Assembly: GCA_963741025.1 (NCBI GenBank)
Contig: CAVUGW010000027.1
Span: forward strand, 3,589 to 67,588
Source of the DNA: Methanomassiliicoccaceae archaeon
GTDB lineage: Archaea > Thermoplasmatota > Thermoplasmata > Methanomassiliicoccales > Methanomassiliicoccaceae
DNA length: 64,000 nucleotides
Reading direction: 5' to 3'
A model generated the notes under the pieces. The model had not been told where the DNA came from and did not search any database. It was given only the letters and a program-made list of their open reading frames with translations. Positions within the stretch are counted from its first letter, which is position 1; every line of letters begins with the position of its first letter. The translations under genes were made by a program, and so were the position numbers. This document shows, one piece after another, positions 31,950-41,788 of this stretch.

Positions 31950-32282
31950 TTAGGCCCCCTTGACCTTTGGGACCGCCATCAGTCCGCAGGCGTTCGCCTC
32001 GATCTTAGCTTCCTGCGCTTCCTTCAGCTTGACCTTCAGGTCCGCGAGGTCCTTGTAATAGATCTTCACGCGGCAATCCGCTGGACCTATCTCTATCGAG
32101 TTCTTCGCCTCGGTCTCGTCGGTCATCGATATGTTCACCGATACCTGAGCTCCTAGCGATCTCAGCGCGTCCACGGCCGTCGCGATCCCCGCCATCTTCT
32201 GCGATATGAAGACAGTGTGTTCCTCTGCCACCTTCTCGTCTATCTCCTTGCACATCTTGTCCAGTTCTGCGTTTCCTTCCAT
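31950..32282 (-). CDS. Hypothetical protein (110 aa), first gene of the small-gene operon
   Basis: ORF preceded by GGAGGAG 5 nt upstream of the ATG. Confidence 0.5.
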   Translation of the reverse strand: MEGNAELDKMCKEIDEKVAEEHTVFISQKMAGIATAVDALRSLGAQVSVNISMTDETEAKNSIEIGPADCRVKIYYKDLADLKVKLKEAQEAKIEANACGLMAVPKVKGA

Positions 32283-32406
32283 GTTACTCCTCCGTTACTA
32301 GGTGATAGTGAATGGAAACGGGAGCGTCCAGTAGGGATGTTGAAGACCTTTGTTCATTGGGCACTGGGTTTTCTGATAGGACGTCTCCCGGTTCGTTCAT
32401 CGTGAG

Positions 32407-32478
32407 AGCCACCAAAGGGGATCGAACCCTCGACCTCTTGTTTACGAAACAAGTGCTCTTCCTCTGAGCTAGGGTGGC
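32407..32478 (-). tRNA. tRNA-Thr (anticodon CGT), no encoded CCA
   Basis: D stem GCTC/GAGC, anticodon stem CTTGT/ACAAG, loop TTCGTAA, T loop TTCGATC. The acceptor has one C7:U66 mismatch. AAATAT lies about 21-26 nt upstream. Confidence 0.8.
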
Positions 32479-32856
32479 GAGGCGGGCGGGCTCGGCGGAT
32501 ATTTCTGGAGGAGAAACAAGGTGTACGAATGGCAGATCCTCGCAAGGGGATCCATTACCGCCGCCGTCCCGCCCATTATGTTCTCTTCCATGTTGTTCGT
32601 CTCCATAGGTGCCGGGAGAACGCTTCGTTCGGCCCAAGAACATAAGTGCGTCCCCCCTGGCATGAGTTCTGAGCTTTCGCTCACAGATGTCGTTCTCTGG
32701 GCCTTCCGATCCGAGGACCGGATGTTGTTCTTTCTGCTTTCGGCTCTCCCGAATGCAGAGTTGGAATAGATCATCTATATATTAATGGTTTCGGTAATAT
32801 CAATTGCCGAAGGCCGAATACTAAATTATATAATAATATAAAAATTTAGAAGGGGT

Positions 32857-33152
32857 ATGCCTTCTGCAAATTACAAGTCCGAGATCCTAGAGAACACATT
32901 AGCTATTGGAGTTATGCTGGCACTTGAAAAAAGAAAGGAACCAGTAATGAGCGGGGTTCTACCTCAATATGTGGGAAAGAAGAGTGCAGGGACGACCATC
33001 GAAAGGGTCAGTGAGTTCGAAGAGGCAGGTCTGGTAAGAAAGGTTCAGGAAGAAAAGAAGCCGTTCCGCAAGTTCGTCGAGCTCACCGATCGCGGACATG
33101 TCGTGTCGCCGAGCATCTGCGGGCGATCGAGGACATTCTTGAGGAGAGATGA
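32857..33152 (+). CDS. Winged-helix DNA-binding protein (~97 aa); frame break near 33105
   Basis: ..EFEEAGLVRKVQEEKKPFRKFVELTDRGHVV then, after a 1-nt shift, AEHLRAIEDILEER*. The track fuses it to the next gene. Confidence 0.5.
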
Positions 33153-33174
33153 ACGGAAATGTCGAGAAAAAATC

Positions 33175-33537
33175 ATGACCGTTCCCCCCGAAGTTCTTCA
33201 AGCCGCCCCTCCAGCGTGGCCACTTGAGCTTCCGGACCCTGGAAATGACGTGGCCAAATTTCTCGGATGGGTAAAGAGACGAGGTCTTTACCATCCTTTA
33301 GATCTGTGCGAGGTTAAATGGAAACAGATGGGGCATAGGGAGGACCTGAACGATGTGCTCGACCCATATTCTCCCGGCCTTGTGCGGATCGGGAGGGAAC
33401 AACATGGCACGCTCTCTGTAAAAGTCATCGATAGGGCATGGGCTGACAATTGGGCATCGCACTACGGTGTGGAGACGTTCCACCATGGACAGCAGGCCAG
33501 GTCGGGGAAGGCGACAAAGAACCTGATAAAAAAATAG
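33175..33537 (+). CDS. Hypothetical protein (120 aa)
   Basis: Begins MTVPPEVLQAAPP.. 23 nt after the reconstructed stop of the wHTH gene. Confidence 0.4.
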   Translation: MTVPPEVLQAAPPAWPLELPDPGNDVAKFLGWVKRRGLYHPLDLCEVKWKQMGHREDLNDVLDPYSPGLVRIGREQHGTLSVKVIDRAWADNWASHYGVETFHHGQQARSGKATKNLIKK

Positions 33538-33605
33538 AGTAATGTAACAAATATGTAAAGTTATATATGCCCTCGGTCCTGTAACCATGTTCGAGGAATT
33601 GAGAT

Positions 33606-34400
33606 ATGAGCAAGAATAAGGAGTCCAAGATCTTTGGGCCCGCCCCGTTCGGTGGGCTGGTTCCGGATACTGTCAAGGGCCGTGTGCTCGCGGAGATAGT
33701 GGCCGACCCGTTCTCTGAGTACACGCCGTCATCGATGGCCGATCTGACCATGCACAATTCTAACAGGGTCAGCGAAGCGCTACGGGAATATGAGGTCCTC
33801 GGCCTATTAAAGAACATGTCCCGGGACAAGCGACGCCCTGTCTTCCGTCCGGTCGTGTCCAAACGGCTCAACGCCCTGATGTTCCTATCCCTGGCGGTCA
33901 ACGATGACGTTCTGGGGGAGAACTGCATGGACCGCGCCGTCGTCGATTACATCGAAAGAATAGGTTACCAGGTGTACTCTTCCGCCCAGACCATGGCGGT
34001 GACCCGGTTGACAAGGCCTGACGGGTCGGATCGGTTCATCTGTCAGCGGTGCGGCCGAAGCCCCACAAAAGGTGGCGGAGGCGATATCATGAGCGACGAA
34101 AAGGTGAACGCGCCCCCCATCGAAGCAATACTGGAGAACTATAAGTACGATCTAAGCAAGCTGAAGGTCAAGATCGATGGGGAACACTATTCAAACATGG
34201 CGTACATGCTCGTGTCCGGAAGGGACGTCTATGTGGACTTTCTCAAGATGCCGGGAGTGATCATCGATGGCGTCCCGGTCGCCTCTGGCGTCAGGGTGTA
34301 CATGCCGATCGCCGCAGCACAGCGTCTTGCGGACGCATTGATCACCACGATAAAGCAGGCCGAGAAAGCTGGAGGGATTGAACCCATCCATACGCCGTAA
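33606..34400 (+). CDS. wHTH domain fused to a DUF3467-like C-terminal domain
   Basis: N-terminal SMADLTMHNSNRVSEALREYEVLGLLK. C-terminal HYSNMAYMLVSGRDVYVDFLKMPG..VRVYMPIAAAQRLADALITTIKQAEK resembles DUF3467. Confidence 0.5.
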   Translation: MSKNKESKIFGPAPFGGLVPDTVKGRVLAEIVADPFSEYTPSSMADLTMHNSNRVSEALREYEVLGLLKNMSRDKRRPVFRPVVSKRLNALMFLSLAVNDDVLGENCMDRAVVDYIERIGYQVYSSAQTMAVTRLTRPDGSDRFICQRCGRSPTKGGGGDIMSDEKVNAPPIEAILENYKYDLSKLKVKIDGEHYSNMAYMLVSGRDVYVDFLKMPGVIIDGVPVASGVRVYMPIAAAQRLADALITTIKQAEKAGGIEPIHTP

Positions 34401-34402
34401 TC

Positions 34403-34487
34403 ATGGAAAGATCATTGAGCTCACAGATCGCGGACATCGTGTCCCCGAGCATTTGAAAGAGATCGAGAAGATACTCAACGAGGTCTA
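34403..34487 (+). pseudogene. Orphan 3' fragment of a wHTH gene (KIIELTDRGHRVPEHLKEIEKILNEV*)
   Basis: Nucleotide-level similarity to 33077-33152 (GAGCTCAC.GATCGCGGACAT..CGTGTC.CCGAGCAT). No upstream coding part. Confidence 0.4.
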
Positions 34488-34536
34488 GACCTCTCCCGCA
34501 CATCCGTCGGGATAACTATCAATATCGGTCGGCGAC

Positions 34537-34707
34537 ATGGTATCGTCGATGACCATGACAGAAGGCAAGCAGTTCACATGTCCAGTGTGCGGTTTCTCCG
34601 TGATGACCCCGACCGGCGAAGAAGAGATCATGAAGCATATCCAGATGCATCATGATGACTACCATTCCGACATGAAGATGACACGGAACAGTTCCCGCGA
34701 GCCCTAA
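34537..34707 (+). CDS. Small metal-binding-type protein (56 aa, below the track cutoff)
   Basis: Own translation: MVSSMTMTEGKQFTCPVCGFSVMTPTGEEEIMKHIQMHHDDYHSDMKMTRNSSREP (CxxC plus His-rich). Confidence 0.4.
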   Translation: MVSSMTMTEGKQFTCPVCGFSVMTPTGEEEIMKHIQMHHDDYHSDMKMTRNSSREP

Positions 34708-34821
34708 ATGATCGTCCAGAGCCATCGGCCCTTCGATCTTGACGATGCAAAGGAAGAGGGGTCGGAACAAAATACCAGGAAAAGATGAGAAAATGAAGAG
34801 TTTCGCAAGGGGTTTGGTAGG

Positions 34822-36023
34822 TTGCAGGGGACATGGGTTACCAAAGGTATCGTTCTTTTTCGAGGCTTCGGAAAGAGCTTGGTGAGAAGGATGAACGTCT
34901 CGCTCCAATCATCCAGACCTACATCTCGTCTTCTGTACATAGACAACCTTCGATGGTCCCTCATCCTACTGGTTTTGTTCGTCCATTCCAGTATCGTGTA
35001 CGGGGCGTTGGGTTCATGGCCCTACCATGATCCGATGGTCGGCGATCCTATGTTCGCCACGATCCTAACGATCATTGACGCCTTGATCCAATCGTTCTTC
35101 ATGGGCCTGCTGTTCCTCCTCGGAGGCTACTTCGCTCCTTTTTCCCTCGACCGTAAGGGTCCGATCCGCTTCATCAAGGACCGATTCGTTCGTCTGGGCA
35201 TTCCAACGTTGATCTATGTCTTCATCCTCGCCCCTATGATAATTTATCCTCTAGATTTCTCCTATAAGGAGACCTTTATGACCTTCTTCAGTAGCTACTT
35301 CACAACCCCCGCCCACTGGGACACCGGTCCGCTGTGGTTCGCCCTGGCCTTGTTGGTCTTCTCTGTTCTCTATGCGCTTGTTCCCAAGAATAGGATCACG
35401 AGCCACGAGGTCAGTTGACCAACCGACTGCTGGTTGCTATGATCCTGCTGATAGGTACGGCCACTTTCTTGGTGCGGATTCCCTTCCCGATAGGGACCAA
35501 TGTATTCAACTTCCAGCTCTGCTGGTTCCCTCAGTACATCGTCCTGTTCATCATTGGTGTGCTCGCCTATCGTGGCGATTGGCTTTCGAAGCTCGATGTG
35601 AAGATGGGAATGAAATGGCTACTTGTGTCGGTCGTCTCTTTCCCTCTGGTCTTCCTGCCTGCCGCGGTCGTTGGAGGAGCGATCAGTGGTAACCTCGATG
35701 CCTTCTTGGGAGGCGTGACCTGGCAGTCCGCGTTCTATGCTTTATGGGAGGAGCTGTTCGGCATTGGGATGTGCGTATTCTTATTGGTCCGGTTCCGTGA
35801 GAAGAGGAACGTTCAGAGCCGCTGGGACAAGGTCATGGCCGAAAACTCCTTCGGAATATATCTCTTCCATGCCCCTGTACTTGTGGCCATTGCCTTCCTT
35901 ATGTCCGCTCTGATAATTCCAACCTTTTTTAAGTTCGCTATCCTGCTTTCCGCAGGTTTGGTGATGACCCTCATCTTGTCGATCGCCCTACACCGTGTTC
36001 CGGTGCTAAGAAGTGTGATCTAA
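34822..36023 (+). CDS. Acyltransferase family 3 (OafA-like) membrane protein; frame break near 35410
   Basis: RLLYIDNLRWSLILLVLFVHS N-terminal signature and ~10 TM segments across ORFs 34822-35418 and 35415-36023. Confidence 0.75.
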
Positions 36024-36526
36024 TGAACTTTCTCAGCTTACAACATACAAGGTCGTCTTACGCTCGCGAGAGATCATCCAGGACGGAATCCTGTTGATCA
36101 GGGCGAATATAAGGGCGTATCCTCATGCCCCCATCTTCCAAGGGTCGGGCGGATTGCAGAACGTTCCTGGACCATACCTTGAAAAGAGGCGAGATGGAAC
36201 GATCCGTGCTACCTCACTATCTGCCAAGAGATCGGGAACATGAACATAGGAGAGATCGGTATAGGTAGATTAGGTGGATACTTCAGGGGCACGATAGATC
36301 GTTTCGGAGAACGATTTGGCATCGAAACCCCGTCACGCAGGAATAATATGAGATTCTGCATCATAGGAAAGGGTTGCCCGTTTAGAGCATCAAAATATTC
36401 TTATGAATGAACCTGAAACATCGCGAGAGGTCCCGCCTTCAAATATCTTATGAAAAGTATTTTCCGTTATTTCATTATCTGCTATAGGTAAAACACCAAG
36501 GTAACAAAGGTCGTTCCAAACCACTA

Positions 36527-37244
36527 TTGTTCAAAGAAAGGAGGAAGGGGATGGACAAAGAGGTCACCACGGTCAGTGATATCAAGGAGATAGCTCAAAA
36601 GGACCTAACCTTCCAGAGGTTTGTTTTCAGAAAAGCATGGGGAACTTATTTTGCTATATGGGCCACCTTGATCGCCTACTCTGTCCTCCTGCCCGATCCC
36701 TCACCCCTCGCACCCTTGATAGGAGATCTGGATCTTGTGGTTTATTTTCTGATCACGGTAGCTGTGGTCCTTATAGTGATCGAAGCGACTGTACGAATAA
36801 CCAGAACATGGGACCGTACATTGATCTTACGGGGGATCCTCAACAATGATGGCAATCAATCAAAGAGATCGACATATGAACGAATCAAGATTTTTTTTGG
36901 TTTGGGTGCTCATAGCATATATCACAAGGCTCCTGGCCGGGACATATCTTCCATCTTATGCCGATCCGATATTCTATGTCTGCCTGATACCTATCGCGGC
37001 ACTTCTCATTCATTTTTTGAGACACGCTTTCCCCACAGGCTGGCCTATCGAAACGATCATCGCAATGTCCTTCCTTTCTGGTAGCATTGTTCTGAGCCTC
37101 ATCGTTTCGATCCCGGGAACCCCGTTCTCGGACAATGTTTTGACTACATACTTCTGGGTCATGACGATCATCGTTCTTTACTTGGCCTCGTTATATGCCT
37201 TATTACATGCTCCAGAGGAGCTGGAGGCGATCACCGAGGGATGA
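36527..37244 (+). CDS. Membrane protein, unknown function; frame break between 36850 and 37080
   Basis: ORFs 36527-37084 and 36846-37244 overlap in different frames. Both are hydrophobic. Confidence 0.4.
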
Positions 37245-37576
37245 TGGAAAAGACCCCCTCCTCTGAAGTAGAGGCGTTGGATGCCCTTCGCGAACAGTTC
37301 AGCGATTCGTCCCTCAAATCCTCGACCAGGGTTCTGATATTGATTTCTCTAGCTTTGAACAGGAAGATGAGCTTCGTGAACCTGATGAGCCTCACTGGGA
37401 TGGGCAAGGGAAGTTTGAGCAATCATCTTGAGAAATTAGAATCATCGGAGCTCATCATGACCAAAACGAAGGTCACTTTTAGCGGGACCAGGACGGTCGT
37501 GGAGATAACAGAAAAGGGTCTGAGCGCTTACAACGATCTACTCCAAACGCTCAACACGTTCCAGAAAAAGGGATGA
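37241..37576 (+). CDS. Winged-helix transcriptional regulator
   Basis: SSTRVLILISLALNRKMSFVNLMSLTGMGKGSLSNHLEKLESSELI. The start overlaps the upstream stop. Confidence 0.6.
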   Translation: MMEKTPSSEVEALDALREQFSDSSLKSSTRVLILISLALNRKMSFVNLMSLTGMGKGSLSNHLEKLESSELIMTKTKVTFSGTRTVVEITEKGLSAYNDLLQTLNTFQKKG

Positions 37577-37947
37577 CCTGAAGTTCTCATTTCTATCCGA
37601 TATCGCTTCTAATATCGTTTATCTTCGGCATGATCCATTCATCATCTTTCAATGCTCTGGTATGATCAAAGGTCGTTCAAATTTTGAACGCGTCTTTGCT
37701 TGTATATACGCTCTTGAATAATGAGGTGTTGAGGGTGACGGACACGCTCCGGGACCCTCCTAGCGACCTTCCCGATCGATCGGACCCTCGCTCGGGACGT
37801 TCGGGTAAAAAGAGGGTTGGAACAAAGAAAAACAAAGGGTGAGAGCATGAGGAAATACGCAATACGAAATAAGGTCAGCCTCTTTGGACCCATCGTTGGT
37901 ATGAAGAGCAGACCTGGTAGCGCAAGAGGCCTCTGGGAGGTGAGGCT

Positions 37948-38875
37948 TTGAGCACGGCTATAATGGTGGATGGTTTGTCGAAGGTCTATGGTGGCATTCG
38001 GGCCGTGGACGATATCAGTTTCCGGGTGGATGCGGGGCAGGTCTTTTCGCTCCTGGGCCACAATGGGGCCGGGAAGACGACAACCGTGGAGATCCTCGAA
38101 GGGCTGAGGAGACCCACTTCCGGTGGGGCGAGCATCTTCGGCGTGGACGTGACCAACGGATACGACAAGCTGAGGAAAAAGGTCGGTATCCTGCCTCAGG
38201 ACTTCGAGCCATTCGAGCGGCTGACACCGTTGGAGGCGTTGGAGTATTGGTCCTCGCTTTTCGATGACGACCTGAACAAAGAGCGGACCATCGGATCTTT
38301 TGGCAAGCGTTGACCTTGTCCATCGACAGGGCATATTGTCCAAGAACCTCTCGGGTGGGGAGAAGAGGAAGCTTGGCATCGCTATGGCCCTGGTCAACCG
38401 ACCAGAGCTGTTGTTCTTGGACGAGCCTACAACCGGTCTCGATTCCAAGGCCCGCAGGGACCTTTGGGACCTGATCGGTGACCTCAAGAAAGCCGGGACG
38501 ACCATCTTCCTGACCACACACTATCTGGACGAGGCCGAGGTGCTCTCCGACCACATCGCCATCATGAACAAGGGTAAGATCATTGCCGATGGCAGCCCTG
38601 TGGAGATAATCAAGAAGCACGGTCACCGACCGGTCGTTACCCTGATGGGGGCCGGTCGGCAAGGTCTCGAGGAAATGCATAAGCAGAACGTTGAAGCAAC
38701 GCTTAGGAACGATGACGTGGTCATCTCGGTCTCTGATCCATCCAAAATAGGCCATTGGATGGCACGTCTGTTCGATGCCGGGGTCAACGTTCAGGACATC
38801 TCCATCAAAAAGGACACTCTGGAGGATGTCTTCCTACAAATGATCGCTCCCCAAGAAAAGGGGGCGGCCCGATGA
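37948..38875 (+). CDS. ABC transporter ATP-binding protein; frame break near 38300
   Basis: Walker A GHNGAGKTT (ORF 37948-38313), signature LSGGEKRKL and Walker B LLFLDEPTTGLD (ORF 38300-38875). Confidence 0.9.
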
Positions 38876-39978
38876 GCCGGTTGAAGGGCGACATGAGGGC
38901 CACCGCTCGAATGTATATGCGCTCGAGGGCGGCAATGTTCTTCACCTTCTTGTTCCCGGTGCTGCTCTAATCCTGCTGTTCGGAGCGATATTCTCTCAGG
39001 GCAATGGCCCGATTACAGTTCCAGTACAGAACCTCGACGGCGGTCAGGCATCGGTGGAGTTCATGGAAGCTCTGAACAACACTGGGGTGATCCAGGTCCA
39101 GGTCGTCCCTGCGAACGAGAACTTGAGCAGCTACATTGACAATAACTCCCTGAGCATCGCTATGCAGATACCAGCTAACTTCACATCCGACCTCGATAAG
39201 CGAATGACCGACCCACAGGCGCCGATGGCCTCGGCCACCCTGTTCGGCGATCCTTCGAAGTCGGTCTACCAACAAGCGGTGGGAGCGAGCAACGGCGCGG
39301 TCGAAGCAATGAACTTCCATCTTGCCAACGCCACTCCGGCCATATCGGTGAAGGCACAGACCATTCCAACCGTCAAAGGTTCCAGCTTTATGGACTTCTT
39401 CCTGCCAGGGGTCGTGGGCATGACAGTGATGACGGTTTGCCTGTTCGGAATGACCAACATCTGCTCCAACTACCGCAGCAAGGGGTACTTCAAGCTACTT
39501 TCGACGACGACCATCAGGAAGTACGAGTGGATGCTGAGCAAGTTCGTTGTCTACTCTGTCATCTTGACGCTCTCGCTGGTGGTATCGTACTTTGTGGGAT
39601 TGGAGCTCTTCGGCATGACCTCTTCCCTTACGGTCCTGACCTTTGCCTTCATCTTGGCCGGGGCGTTCCTGTTCGTTGCCCTCGGCATGTTCGTGGGCAC
39701 GGCAATCAAGGACGAGGAGAGCGGAGTGACCATCGCCAACGCCATCGGCTTTCCGATGATGTTCCTGTCTGGGACCTTCTTCCCCGTCCAGAGCTTTCCT
39801 GCGTTCCTGCAGACAGTCTCGGCGTTCCTGCCGTTGACCTATTTGAACAACGGGTTAAGGGACACGATCGATCTACGGGAACAACACATCGGCGCTGTTC
39901 AATCTGGTGGTCGTCCTTGTGGCGGGAGCAATCCTGACGGTGGCAGCGTCCAGACTGATGTCGTGGAAGGGGGAGTAG
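38872..39978 (+). CDS. ABC-2 type transporter permease; frame breaks near 38965 and 39870
   Basis: Start ATGA-coupled to the ATPase stop. MSRLKGDMRATARMYMRSRAAMFFTFLFPVLL, then ORF 39054-40055. The true tail YGNNTSALFNLVVVLVAGAILTVAASRLMSWKGE* lies in a shifted frame. Confidence 0.8.
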
Positions 39979-39982
39979 GACA

Positions 39983-40349
39983 ATGGGTCGGTCTCGATCG
40001 TTCTTCGGTACGATCATGGCGGTCTTGTTGGTCCTCTTGCTGGCCTCCGTCGTGATCAACATGACGGTAGGCTGGTCGAACGCATGGGGAATAACGGACC
40101 TCACGGACGAGGTCTTCGCTCTAATCCTTGTCCTGTTCCTCATCGCCATCATCGGGCGATTGACATATGGTATCGTTTACGGCCTTTTGCCGCACCACCA
40201 TCATGGGCGGCGGTACTGGGACGAACCATGGGGAAGAGAGGCCGAGGAAGTATTGGATCGGAGGTATGCCCGTGGTGAGATACGCCAGGGAGCAATATCG
40301 GCAGATGAAGGAGGATGTTCAGGGAGATGGTCCGGGCCCCCGACCTTAG
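39983..40349 (+). CDS. Small membrane protein with SHOCT-like C-terminal domain; frame break near 40285
   Basis: Two TM segments, then EVLDRRYARGEI / REQYRQMKEDVQ split over two frames. Confidence 0.5.
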
Positions 40350-40718
40350 GCCGACCCGGCCCTGCTAAATCTTTTTTTTAAAATTATAACATGATGGAAA
40401 ACGCATAACGATCGACTTGATGTAAAATGATTGGGATTCTGACCTTCGATAAGAATGAACAAGAATTATCGTCACAAATTGTAAAGATACTGCAATCTTT
40501 CCTTCTAAGCATGGATGTCAAGGTTATTTTGCCTATGATGTTAAAGGTGTTAAAGGATGAACAGATCAAATAAAAAAATAAAAGATTACTGTTGAGGCAA
40601 CAGTAAGCCAGTACTTTTTCTTAACTCATCATTACTTTACTGTTCAGGTAATTCTTATTTAAATATAGTCAAAGGGATGTATCATATTTCTAGGGGTTTT
40701 CTTTCTCATTTTAGACCA

Positions 40719-40965
40719 CTATCGGTCCTGCTGCTCTAACATCATCTTCAGTCTCTCTGTCGTCCGTTCCATTTCCTTGATGGTCATCGGCTTGACCAGG
40801 TAACAGAAAGCACCCTGCTCTTTTGCCTTTTCAGCATCGCTTGGGTCTGTCCAAACCGGGTCATGATAATTAATTGAATACCGAGATGGTCGGTCTGGAC
40901 TGCTGCTTGTGGTTTAATTTCGGGCAGCCCACCACCATCCAGAGCATCATTAAATAAATTCTATA
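40719..40965 (-). pseudogene. Response-regulator receiver domain remnant
   Basis: ..IQLIIMT.. and, in a shifted frame, DPSDAEKAKEQGAFCYLVKPMTIKEMERTTERL (the A..GA..YL.KP end of a REC domain). No N-terminal Asp pocket. Confidence 0.45.
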
Positions 40966-40999
40966 TTTATAAAACCGCTCGAAACGGGTAGGCCAGTAA

Positions 41000-41609
41000 C
41001 CGGCGCCTCCTTCTCCCTCATATGCAAGCTGCTCCTATAAGCAGCGCGAACGGCTCGATGTATCTAGCTATCTGCAGCGGACCCGCATCCACAACGGATC
41101 AGAACAAAATGCGTTAATTAGCCCGGCTGCTCAATTCTTTGGCGCTTAAGGTCATTTCTGCCACAGTACACGATGTTTGGTCGATTGGCTTTGCGCGTTG
41201 GCCCTCATAAACGCTGAAAAGCACTTCACTGGGCTGTAGGTATTGAAACGCGACCACTATCCTGGCCTTTTGAATCTTCTTCGCAAGTCCTCCGAGCCCG
41301 ATGAGGCGTGGGCCACGACCAGTTCGGCGTCGTTATCATTCATCGGGAGGCTACAGCCCTGATGACACATCTTTCCTGCTATAGGTCGCCTGCCCGATTC
41401 AGGACATCGTCCACTCTCGACGAGTGAAGATGGCTAACAATATCGCATCTGCGTCTCGTACAGCTTCACGAGGTGCGCCTGGTGCTTCGCCTTGCCTCCA
41501 GCGTCCCTTGCGAGCTTCTTTAGCTTCTCTCGTCTACGGCGTAGCTGAATACCACTTCATGTCCAGCTCTCGCGAAGAGCGTTCCGAAGCTTGCCACCAA
41601 TCGGTTCAT
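41000..41609 (-). pseudogene. Possible NAD(P)-binding (F420-dependent NADP reductase-like) oxidoreductase remnant
   Basis: Only NRLVASFGTLFARAGHEVVFSY (Rossmann beta-alpha-beta) and scattered downstream similarity. Many stops. Confidence 0.3.
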
Positions 41610-41788
41610 TCTGAGCCCAAAGTGCCAATTCGCATGTTGCTCACGATTTTTCACCTCAATAACGCAGAATTCATGCCAAGGAATTCGCTTGTCTGTATAA
41701 TGTTCAGCGTCGTCAATATTCACATCCGGGAGCTCTCAACATTGAGCGCCTAGTTGTCGCCACAACGAATAATTCTATAATGAATCAA

